From a virus (lineage: Duplodnaviria > Caudoviricetes), in the IMG/VR virus record IMGVR_UViG_3300027894_000002, positions 1 through 52,775 of that record: DNA of 52,775 nt, one strand, 5' to 3'. A program made the position numbers and the translations under genes. Positions 8,796 through 17,293 of this stretch are shown in pieces; position 1 is the stretch's first letter, and each line of letters starts with the position of its first letter. Below the pieces are notes generated by a model that saw nothing but the letters and a program-made list of their open reading frames with translations, did no database searches and was not told the origin of the DNA.

Positions 8796-9145
8796 CCATA
8801 AGCCCCGGACCGCTTAGCGTCGTTCCGCTTAACGAGCCCGACGAAAATCCAACGAATCCGCCGGCCTATGTGTCGGCGCGCGCGCTGGGTGCTAACTCGG
8901 CGGAAACGATTACGGTGCCGGCCGGCGCGCGCTTTGTCAGGCTTGCCGGCAACGCCGATTTTTACGTCGCCTATGGCGCCGGCGTGACAGCCGTGGTGCC
9001 GGTCGACACCGATGATGGCAGCTCAAACGAGCTGATCAAAAACAATGGCGGCGGCGCCGTTTGGCGCAGCGTGCAGGGCCTCACTGCGCTCAGCGTGATT
9101 TCGGCCGCCAGCGCCAGCATCGTTACGGCAAGTTTTTATACCTAG
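8792..9145 (+). CDS. Hypothetical beta-rich protein
   Basis: ATGA-coupled; GGAG RBS. Confidence 0.7.
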   Translation: MTISPGPLSVVPLNEPDENPTNPPAYVSARALGANSAETITVPAGARFVRLAGNADFYVAYGAGVTAVVPVDTDDGSSNELIKNNGGGAVWRSVQGLTALSVISAASASIVTASFYT

Positions 9146-9223
9146 TCGCCAGGCGTCCGCCGCCGCGCGGTCACGCGGCACCTCCACCAGCAAATGCAAC
9201 AAGCAAGCACAAGGAGATAAGCC

Positions 9224-9667
9224 ATGACTGTTATGCGCACCTCGATCCACGGTCGACGCTTCGGCCTCGGCCCCGACGATGAACTGGTATCGAACGAGAT
9301 CCGGCTGTCCTCGCCCGCGGTCGACTGTTCGATTAGCGTGGCCGCCTCGCAGACCTCGCCGCGCGCGGTGACCCTGCAGCTGAAAAATGCCCGCGGTGAA
9401 AACGTCAACGAGGCAACGCCGCTCAGGCTGTTTCTGTTTCTCGATGCCGGCATGGTGGCGTTTGCCGCGACTGGCGGCTCGACCGGCATTGCCGCATCGG
9501 TTGGTATCGTCGAGGCGATTATTGCCAAGCTGTTGTTCCAGGCGGTCACCAATACCAGCGGCGCAATGACGCTGTCGTGGACCGACACCGCGCATGAGGT
9601 TGCTTTCCTCGGCGTGCAGCTGCCGAACGGCCGCATCGTTATGTCGCCGGCGCTGACCACGGCGTAA
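9224..9667 (+). CDS. Hypothetical protein, possibly virion-associated
   Basis: AAGGAG RBS; lies in late operon. Confidence 0.7.
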   Translation: MTVMRTSIHGRRFGLGPDDELVSNEIRLSSPAVDCSISVAASQTSPRAVTLQLKNARGENVNEATPLRLFLFLDAGMVAFAATGGSTGIAASVGIVEAIIAKLLFQAVTNTSGAMTLSWTDTAHEVAFLGVQLPNGRIVMSPALTTA

Positions 9668-9686
9668 CATCAATGGTGAGAATGGC

Positions 9687-11282
9687 GTGACGTTACTCGA
9701 CGACGTTCTCACTAGGCTGAACGAAAAGCCGCCGGCGGTTCGCGAACAAGCGATCGCCGGCGCGCTCAAGGCAACCGCGCATCTGCCCTGGGTGCCTAAT
9801 CCCGGGCCGCAAACGGAAGCGTTCTACTGCGAGGCCGACGAGTTGTTGTTCGGCGGCCAAGCCGGCGGCGGCAAGTCCGATCTGCTGCTAGGGCTGGGGC
9901 TGGCATCGCACCAGCAGTCGCTGATCCTGCGGCGCGTCAACGTCGACGTCGAGAAGGTTGGCGGGCTCGGGCCCCGTTTGGTGTCGATCCTCGGCAGTGC
10001 CGAGGGCTACAACGCGCAGAAGCACGTCTATAGCGCCGGCAGGCGGGAGATCGAGCTCGGCGGTTGCGAGCAAGAGAAAGACAAAGAACGCTACAAGGGC
10101 CGCCCACATGATCTGATCGGCTTTGACGAGCTGGCCGACTTCCTCGAGAGTCAATACCGTTTCATTATCGGCTGGAACCGATCGACCGATCCAAAGCAGC
10201 GCTGCCGCATCGTGGCGGCGTCCAATCCGCCGACCACGCCAGAAGGTCAATGGATCGTGCGGCGCTGGGCGCCCTGGCTCGACAAGAGCTATCCCAACCC
10301 GGCCAAGGACGGCGAGCTGCGCTGGTTTTTGACCATCAACGACAACGACATTCCGGTCGACGGGCCCGGCCCGCACCAGGTCGAAGGCCGCAAGAAGCCG
10401 GTGCGCGCTACTTCGCGCACCTTCATCCGCTCGACGCTCGAGGATAACCCGGATCTGACGCACGGCGATGGATCCTACGAGGCGCGGCTCGAGGGCCATA
10501 CCGAGGCGCTGCGGCGGGCCTATCGCGACGGCGACTTTTCGGTCGCGCTGCAGGACGACGAATGGCAGGTGTTTCCGGTCGGCTGGATCGAAGCGGCGAT
10601 GCAGCGCTGGCAGAACAAGCAGCCGAAAGGCGTGGCGCAGACCGCCATGGCGATCGATATCGCGCAAGGCGGCGACGACCAGACCGTGATTTCTTACCGT
10701 TATGGCGGCTGGTACGCGCCGCTTGACGTGACGCCAGGCTCCGAGACGCGTGAAGGTTATCAGGTGACGGCGCGCGTGGTGCGCTTTCGCCGTGATCGCT
10801 GTCCGGTCATTCCCGACATTGGCGGCGGCTTTGGCGCCGACGCGCTGGTGTCGATGAAAGAGAACGGCATTGCGGTCTACCCGCACAACGGCGTGCTGGC
10901 TTCGACCGCGCGATCGCAAGACGGTCAATACAAATTCAAGAACAAGCGCGCCGAGGTGCACTGGCGCTTTCGCGAGGCACTTAATCCCGAGCAGGAAGGC
11001 GGCAGCATCGTCGAGTTGCCGAACGATCCGCTGCTCAAGGCCGATCTGGCGTCGGTACATTACCAGCTGACGCGCGAGGGCATCCTGATTGAAGAAAAAA
11101 AGGCGATCAAGAAGCGCATCGGCCGCTCGCCCGATCGCGGCGATTCCGTGGTGATGTGCTGGGGCGAGGGCGAGAAAGCGGTTGCGCGTACCATTAGGAT
11201 CGCCCGCAACTCGGCGCGCAGTCAGCAAAACAACATCGGCTACGCCAAATTAAAACAAGGACCGGGCTATGGCGGGCGCTGA
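9687..11282 (+). CDS. terL: Terminase large subunit
   Basis: PNPGPQ; GGQAGGGKS; IGFDE; ASNP; DIAQGGDD; GRSPDRGD. Confidence 0.95.
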   Translation: MTLLDDVLTRLNEKPPAVREQAIAGALKATAHLPWVPNPGPQTEAFYCEADELLFGGQAGGGKSDLLLGLGLASHQQSLILRRVNVDVEKVGGLGPRLVSILGSAEGYNAQKHVYSAGRREIELGGCEQEKDKERYKGRPHDLIGFDELADFLESQYRFIIGWNRSTDPKQRCRIVAASNPPTTPEGQWIVRRWAPWLDKSYPNPAKDGELRWFLTINDNDIPVDGPGPHQVEGRKKPVRATSRTFIRSTLEDNPDLTHGDGSYEARLEGHTEALRRAYRDGDFSVALQDDEWQVFPVGWIEAAMQRWQNKQPKGVAQTAMAIDIAQGGDDQTVISYRYGGWYAPLDVTPGSETREGYQVTARVVRFRRDRCPVIPDIGGGFGADALVSMKENGIAVYPHNGVLASTARSQDGQYKFKNKRAEVHWRFREALNPEQEGGSIVELPNDPLLKADLASVHYQLTREGILIEEKKAIKKRIGRSPDRGDSVVMCWGEGEKAVARTIRIARNSARSQQNNIGYAKLKQGPGYGGR

Positions 11283-11478
11283 CATCGGGAAAACGGTGGC
11301 CGATCTACTCGCTCGCGCGCAACAGCGCGCGGCAATCGTTGAAAGCGCGGTCGACAAGATGCTGCGCGCGGTCGAGACGGAAGCCGATGGCGAGACGATT
11401 AAGCCCGGCCAGAGTGTGACCATTACCTGGACGGTGTCGGAACTGTGCGCGGTCTGCGAAACGCTGTCGGGGCGATGA
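11269..11478 (+). CDS. Hypothetical protein
   Basis: AAGGA RBS inside the TerL end. Confidence 0.55.
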   Translation: MAGADIGKTVADLLARAQQRAAIVESAVDKMLRAVETEADGETIKPGQSVTITWTVSELCAVCETLSGR

Positions 11479-11479
11479 A

Positions 11480-11782
11480 ATGAGCCGCTTCGACGACGCT
11501 GGCGGACCGGCCATTCCCTATTCCGACAAGCACCCCGAGCGCTGCCAGCCGGCGCCCGGTCCGGCGTTTGTACTGCCAGGCGACGACGAGGCGCGTGTTG
11601 CTTATGAGGCGCAGCTCGCTGACTTACCGGAAGAGCAGCGAGAGGCGTATTGTGCAAGTAACTTTCCGGACGGTGCCGCCCGGCAATGTGGTGATGATCC
11701 GGCGATGCCGCCGGCGGGCGGCCAGCCGCATTGGCGGCGCGACGTCAACATCGGCTACGCGCATCTGAAAGGACGATCCTGA
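11480..11782 (+). CDS. Hypothetical protein ending in a copy of the TerL C-terminal motif
   Basis: Ends VNIGYAHLKGRS; TGATG-coupled to the next gene. Confidence 0.6.
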   Translation: MSRFDDAGGPAIPYSDKHPERCQPAPGPAFVLPGDDEARVAYEAQLADLPEEQREAYCASNFPDGAARQCGDDPAMPPAGGQPHWRRDVNIGYAHLKGRS

Positions 11783-12024
11783 TGACGCAAATGTTTACCA
11801 AGGCCATGCCGGCGCCGCCGACTCCATTGCCGCCGCCGACCATGCCCGATCCGATGGGCCCGGGTGCGCAGGAAGCCGCGCGCAAGGCGGCGCAGGATGC
11901 TGCGACGCGCGGCGGGCGATCGTCGACCATCCTCACTACGGTAGCAAATCGTAGTCGGCAAACCGTCGCCGGCGGTGCCCAGCCGGGCGCGCCCTACAGT
12001 TCCCCTAATTTGGCAGCGAGTTGA
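11782..12024 (+). CDS. Small Pro-rich virion protein upstream of portal
   Basis: PPPTMPDP..RGGRSSTILT, typical of pre-portal proteins in T7/BPP-1-like phages. Confidence 0.7.
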   Translation: MTQMFTKAMPAPPTPLPPPTMPDPMGPGAQEAARKAAQDAATRGGRSSTILTTVANRSRQTVAGGAQPGAPYSSPNLAAS

Positions 12025-12026
12025 TC

Positions 12027-12521
12027 ATGGCAAAAGACAAGACGGCAAAGAGCGATCCGATGCTGGCGGCGCTGATCAACAAACTGCCGGCGACCGGCGA
12101 ACCGTGGCCGCTGGCCCAGCGTGTCGAGTGGCTCAACATGATCGCCATGAGCTTCAACATGGTGTTCGGCCAGGCCGAACCGATCCACATCGGCACCACG
12201 CGCGTGAACTATACCCGCGATGCGGTGATGATGGCGCGGGAAGCCTCCGATCTGGTGAGCAAGATTGTCCTTGATACGGCGCGACCTGTCGTCGCCAAGC
12301 CCAACCCGCCGCGCTTCTTCATCGACAAGCAAGGCTATGCCCGCAAGGATCCGGGCGGCATCCGCATCATGCCCGGCAATATCGATGCCGGCGAGGTGCT
12401 GTTCGACGATCGCGGTGAACACGGCGACCTAGCCACCATCACTTGGTCGGATGACAGCCAAGGCGTGCTCGGCCTGCAGCTCGATATTTCCGCAACGCCT
12501 GACCAAGCGAAAGCCGTCTGA
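12027..12521 (+). CDS. Hypothetical protein
   Basis: Fills the gap before portal; GC3-biased codons. Confidence 0.7.
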   Translation: MAKDKTAKSDPMLAALINKLPATGEPWPLAQRVEWLNMIAMSFNMVFGQAEPIHIGTTRVNYTRDAVMMAREASDLVSKIVLDTARPVVAKPNPPRFFIDKQGYARKDPGGIRIMPGNIDAGEVLFDDRGEHGDLATITWSDDSQGVLGLQLDISATPDQAKAV

Positions 12522-12523
12522 TC

Positions 12524-14221
12524 ATGGCCGCTGCGGTCGCGCCCGTCATGCGCCAGCGCGTGCGCGACCTGATCAAGCAGGGCGACGGCATGTTTACGAC
12601 CGGCGCCCCGCGCCTGTCGCTGTGGCAGACGCTGGCCGAAAACTTCCATGTCATGCGCGCCGACTTCACGCGCGTGCGCTATATCTCCGAAGAATTCGGC
12701 AGCTACCTGATGACCGGCCGGCCGGCGATGGCCTGCCGCGATCTGACCAATTCGATCCCTGCCATGCTGCGGCCGCGCGGGCAACAATGGTTCAAGCAGC
12801 GCACGCATGCCAAGCGGGTCAACGATAACGTCGCCTGCCGGCAGTGGCTCGATTGGGCGTCCGAGACGCAATACAACGGCATGTATGCGCGCCGCGCCAA
12901 GCTGATGCGCGCCACCAAGGAATGCGATGGTGATTACGCCGCCTTCGGCAATGGCGTGATTACCTGCGAGCCCAACCGCACGCGCGACACGCTGTTGTAT
13001 CGCAACTGGCATCTGCGCGACGTGGTGTGGGCGGAAAACGCCGAGCTCGAGATCGACCGGGTCAATTTCAAGTGGAGTCCCGAGTGCCAGGTGCTCGCCG
13101 AAATGTTCCCCAAGTTTATCGACCCCAAGGTCGAGCTGGCGCGCAAGGACAATCCGTTCAAGACAATCCAATGCCGGCGCATCATCATCGATGCCGACGA
13201 CTACGACATGCCGCGGGCGCAGCGCAAAGACCGCAAGTGGATCTCGATTTACGTTGATTGCGAGAACGAGACGCTGCTCGAGGAAGTGCCGGTCAGGGTC
13301 AATCCTGCCATCATCCCGCGCTGGGCGACCGTGTCGGGCTCGCCTTACGCCTATTCGCCGGCGGCAATCTACGGGCTGCCCGACGGCCGCATGCTGCAGC
13401 AGATCACGCTGACCATCCTCGAGGCCGGGCAAAAGGTGGTGGATCCGCCGATGATCGCCGTCGGCGAGGCCATCAACGGCGGCGTCAATAGCGGCGCTGG
13501 CATGGTGACCTGGGCGGACGCCGATTACGACGAGCGCATGGGCGAGGTGCTGCGGCCGATCACGCTCAAGCCGGAAGGCCTGGCGTTCGGCGCGCAGCGC
13601 GAAGAGCGCATCGAGAAGATGCTCGACAACGCATTCTTCCTCAATCAGCTGCGCATGCCGCAGGTCACCAAGGAAATGACCGCCGACGAAACCGAGCGGG
13701 TCTACGAGGAATTCATGCGGCAATCGCTGCCGCTGCTCGAGCCGATCGAAGAAGAATATTCCGGCCAGCTGTGCGAGACAAGTTTCGAGCAGATGCGCGA
13801 CATGGGGTCGTTCGGCTCGGTGTACGACATGCCGCAGCAGCTGCGCGGCGCCGATCTCAAGTGGGAATTCACCTCACCGCTGCAGGCCGCCAAGGACAAG
13901 ATCAAGATCGGCAAGTTCCAGCAGGCGATCCAGATTGTTGTCGGTGCGATGCAGATCAACAAAAATGCTGCTGACAATTTGGATCTCGATAAAGGCGTGC
14001 GCGACGGTCTTTTGGCGGCCGATGGCGCCGACTGGATTGTCGACGAGAAGCAGCGCGATCAGCGGCGGCAAAATGATGCCGCACAGCAGCAGGCTCTGGA
14101 AGCAGCACAAGCAGTGGCACATGGCGCCGATGCGGCAACGCGGGTTGCCGGTGCGGTCAGCAGTGGCCAGGACGCCATGCAGAAGCTGCAGCAGGCCGGT
14201 TTTAGCGCGCCGGGCGCCTGA
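12524..14221 (+). CDS. Portal (head-tail connector, T7 gp8/BPP-1 type)
   Basis: 565 aa; FGNG; IPRW..GSPYAYSP; VDPP; AFFLNQL..EMTA.E; FTSPL. Confidence 0.9.
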   Translation: MAAAVAPVMRQRVRDLIKQGDGMFTTGAPRLSLWQTLAENFHVMRADFTRVRYISEEFGSYLMTGRPAMACRDLTNSIPAMLRPRGQQWFKQRTHAKRVNDNVACRQWLDWASETQYNGMYARRAKLMRATKECDGDYAAFGNGVITCEPNRTRDTLLYRNWHLRDVVWAENAELEIDRVNFKWSPECQVLAEMFPKFIDPKVELARKDNPFKTIQCRRIIIDADDYDMPRAQRKDRKWISIYVDCENETLLEEVPVRVNPAIIPRWATVSGSPYAYSPAAIYGLPDGRMLQQITLTILEAGQKVVDPPMIAVGEAINGGVNSGAGMVTWADADYDERMGEVLRPITLKPEGLAFGAQREERIEKMLDNAFFLNQLRMPQVTKEMTADETERVYEEFMRQSLPLLEPIEEEYSGQLCETSFEQMRDMGSFGSVYDMPQQLRGADLKWEFTSPLQAAKDKIKIGKFQQAIQIVVGAMQINKNAADNLDLDKGVRDGLLAADGADWIVDEKQRDQRRQNDAAQQQALEAAQAVAHGADAATRVAGAVSSGQDAMQKLQQAGFSAPGA

Positions 14222-14562
14222 TGGCCGACAAGCCCGCGGCGACTAAAAAAGCAAAAGCATCGTGGCCGTGGTTTCCGGTCGAGTTTGAAGACGCCGATGT
14301 GTTCGCGTTGCAGGCGCTCGAGGCCGGTGTGGCCAATGAAGGCCAGCAAAAGCGCGCCATGACGTTCGTCCGCGAAAAGTTGTGTGAGGAAAACCGTCTG
14401 GAATTCTGGCCTGGTGGTGAAGACGGCCGCCGCGCCAGTGACTTCGCCGGCGGCAAGCGGTTTGTCGCGCTGCAGATCCGCCGGCTGCTGCGGCTAAAGC
14501 CTGTCGTAACGACGGCCCGCGGTGCGCCGCCGCCGATGCCAGGCGAGAAGGCAGCGTCTTAA
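14221..14562 (+). CDS. Post-portal head protein (Bbp19-like)
   Basis: SDFAGGKRFVALQI motif; synteny. Confidence 0.7.
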   Translation: MADKPAATKKAKASWPWFPVEFEDADVFALQALEAGVANEGQQKRAMTFVREKLCEENRLEFWPGGEDGRRASDFAGGKRFVALQIRRLLRLKPVVTTARGAPPPMPGEKAAS

Positions 14563-14782
14563 GTCAAGTTTCATCGGCACCCGTTCCATGCTGCGCGGAT
14601 CGGGCCGCACTCAGCACAACCACGCTTTCGATCCGTGGGTGCCGCCGCGCCGACTGGTAGGCCAGCGCGGGATGTAGAGACGGAAATCGAAAGAAGAAAA
14701 CGCCGTAGCGCCTCGAGCCCGCAATCCGGCGGGAGTTGGAAACTTGGCGTCGGTCCATTTAATTCAACGAAGGAAAATTGTC

Positions 14783-15769
14783 ATGTCCGATCCAGTTGTA
14801 CCTGCTCCTGCCCCGACACCCGCACCAGCGCCGGCTCCTGCACCGGCACCGGCACCGGCTCCTGCACCGGCGCCTGGCGCTCCGACCATTGCCGGCGGCG
14901 GCGAACCAAAGCCGGCTCCCGGCACGGTTCCCGGCAAATGGCCGGAAACGTGGCGGCAGGATCTGGCTGGCGACGACAAGGCCTATCTGAAAACGCTCGA
15001 GCGCTATGATTCGCCGGTCGCGGTCGCCGCGGCGTTGAAGGAATTGCGCGGCAAGGTATCCGCGGGCGAGCTCAAGGCGGTCAGCGAGCCGCCGGAAAAC
15101 GCCACGCCCGAGCAACTGGTCGAATGGAAAAAGGAGCAGGGCCTGCCGGTCAAGCCGGAAGGCTACATCGTCGATCTCAAATTGCCTGAGGGCGTCGTGC
15201 CGGGCGAGGCCGACAAGCCGCTGCTCGATGGCGTCGCCAAGATGGCGTTCGAGAACAATATCCCGCAGGACACCGTCAACAAGTTCGCCAGCTGGTTTTA
15301 CCAGACGCAGGATATGGTCGCCGCGCAACGTGACGAGGACGACGGGAAATTCCACGATGAAGCGCTCGGCGTGCTGGCGCAGGAATGGGGCAAGGAACTC
15401 AAGACAAACCAGAACTATATCGGCAGTCTCGGCGCGGTATTCCCGCAAGGCAACGAGAACGAGGCCGGCGCCTGGGATCGGTTGTTGAGCGCGCGCACCA
15501 TGGACGGCAAGATCGTCGGCGACGATCCGGCGATCCTGCGCGGACTGGTGGCGCTGGCGCGCGAAGCCTTCCCGGCCGCGAGCGTCGTGCCGGCCGGCCA
15601 GCAGAATCCGCCGGTTGCCATTGCCGAGCGCAAGGCCACGCTCGAGGGCATGATGGGCGATCCGCGCAGCGACTATAACCGCGGGCCGAAAGCGGCGGCC
15701 TTGCAAAAGGAATATGCCGAGCTGGTCGACGCCGAGCTCAAGATGCAGAACAAGAGCCGCGCGGCCTAA
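14783..15769 (+). CDS. Capsid scaffolding protein
   Basis: (PA)n N-terminus; WPETWR; L.QEWG; helical; lies before capsid gene. Confidence 0.8.
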   Translation: MSDPVVPAPAPTPAPAPAPAPAPAPAPAPAPGAPTIAGGGEPKPAPGTVPGKWPETWRQDLAGDDKAYLKTLERYDSPVAVAAALKELRGKVSAGELKAVSEPPENATPEQLVEWKKEQGLPVKPEGYIVDLKLPEGVVPGEADKPLLDGVAKMAFENNIPQDTVNKFASWFYQTQDMVAAQRDEDDGKFHDEALGVLAQEWGKELKTNQNYIGSLGAVFPQGNENEAGAWDRLLSARTMDGKIVGDDPAILRGLVALAREAFPAASVVPAGQQNPPVAIAERKATLEGMMGDPRSDYNRGPKAAALQKEYAELVDAELKMQNKSRAA

Positions 15770-15770
15770 C

Positions 15771-16199
15771 GTGCGTGTGGTCTATTCCGCGCCGCCGATG
15801 ATCGACGAGATCGACGCGGTGTTCGGTGTCAAAGGCAAGCCGATCATCTTTGCGTGGGGTGACCGGATCTACAATCCGATGGCGGTCGATGTGCGACCGG
15901 AATTACTCGCGCACGAGCGCGTGCATGGTGATCGGCAGAAGCTGTTGCATGTTGATCTGGCGACCGCCGTCGAGATCTGGTGGCGCCGCTATCTGTTTGA
16001 TCGGGACTGGCGCTTGGCCGAAGAGATACCTGCGCACCGCGCGGAATATGACCGGCTGGTGGAGATCCACGGCAACAATCGCAACGTGCGCCGGCAATGC
16101 CTAGCACATGTTGCGCTGAAACTCGCGGCGCCGCTGTACGGCAAGCTGATCACGGTCACCGCCGCCAAGAAAGCAATTCTGGCATCTGAGCCAGTTTAA
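15771..16199 (+). CDS. Zincin-like metallopeptidase (HEXXH)
   Basis: LLAHERVH..Q; WWRRY; downstream EEIPAH third-ligand-like motif. Confidence 0.7.
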   Translation: MRVVYSAPPMIDEIDAVFGVKGKPIIFAWGDRIYNPMAVDVRPELLAHERVHGDRQKLLHVDLATAVEIWWRRYLFDRDWRLAEEIPAHRAEYDRLVEIHGNNRNVRRQCLAHVALKLAAPLYGKLITVTAAKKAILASEPV

Positions 16200-16240
16200 G
16201 TTTCGTCCGCGCCTAACCGCGCGGCGATTATCGCAGCGAG

Positions 16241-16365
16241 CGACCGGACACCCCGCCAAAAGCGGCCCCGGTCGTCGGTGCACCTCACCCGCCCATGTGA
16301 CGCCCCGTCGGGCAGCGATTGCGGCCCCGCCGACTTGATCGGCGGTCACCCCGCGCCGTCGCTGC
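16241..16365 (+). promoter_or_regulatory. Structured RNA leader of the major capsid gene
   Basis: Two long hairpins sharing the same WCACC/CC internal loop. Confidence 0.55.
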
Positions 16366-16423
16366 GCTGCCGGATACCCGGAACGAAAGGCACAGCAATG
16401 ATGATCCAAAAGGTGATTGCCGA

Positions 16424-17278
16424 ATGGCAACCGACCAAGCCTTACAAATTCAATACCGTAAGGAAGCGATCATGGGGTTCGAGTTCGGCATGTCCGATCT
16501 GCGATCCTCCGTTACGACCGAAGCGGTCATCAAGGGAAACCAAGCGGTCTTCCTTGTAGCTGACTCCGGCGGCGCTTCCGCAACGACCCGCGGTGCCAAT
16601 GGTCTGATCCCGGCGCGTGCCGACGATCTCAACCAGTACACCGCGACCCTCGCCGAATGGCACGACCTGGTGCGTCGCACCAGTTTCAACCTCTTCACCT
16701 CGCAGGGTGATGGCAAGAGGATCATGCAGGCCACCACCCGCAAGGTGATGAACCGCAAGATCGATCTCGACATTATCTCCGCGCTGGTGAACGGCACCAA
16801 CCACACCAACACGACCGGCGCCGGCGTTACCGCCAGTCTCAACCTGGTGACCAAGGCGCTGACGATCCTTGGCAATAACCAGGTGCCGGCGGAAGAGGAA
16901 GATAATATGTTCTTCCTCGCCACGTATGCGTTCCGCGCCTACCTGATGCAGATCCCCGAATTCACCAAAGGCGGGGAATACGTCGATGTGAAGCCGCTGG
17001 TCGGCCCGCAACGGCGTTTCTATCGTTGGGCGGGTTTCAACTGGATCTTCTCGCCGCTGGTGACCGGCGTGGCGACCAACAACGAAACTTGCGTGGCCTT
17101 CCATCGCGATGCGATCGGCCATGCCGTGAACACTGGCGAAATGCAGGCCCTCGCCGGCTATCACGAAGAGCAAGACTATTCTTGGGCACGCACCACCTGC
17201 TTCATGGGTTCGCAGCTGCTGCAGAACAAGGGCGTTGTCCTTGTCCCGCACGACGGCTCGGCCTTTGCAGCGGTTTAA
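16424..17278 (+). CDS. Major capsid protein
   Basis: 284 aa; MNRKIDLDII; WAGFNWI; AFHRDAIGHA; follows scaffold. Confidence 0.88.
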   Translation: MATDQALQIQYRKEAIMGFEFGMSDLRSSVTTEAVIKGNQAVFLVADSGGASATTRGANGLIPARADDLNQYTATLAEWHDLVRRTSFNLFTSQGDGKRIMQATTRKVMNRKIDLDIISALVNGTNHTNTTGAGVTASLNLVTKALTILGNNQVPAEEEDNMFFLATYAFRAYLMQIPEFTKGGEYVDVKPLVGPQRRFYRWAGFNWIFSPLVTGVATNNETCVAFHRDAIGHAVNTGEMQALAGYHEEQDYSWARTTCFMGSQLLQNKGVVLVPHDGSAFAAV

Positions 17279-17293
17279 GGGAGGGATCTGATC

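Noticed and set aside
14800-14880. CCGGCW-type tandem repeat
   Set aside because: Simply encodes the Pro-Ala linker of the scaffold
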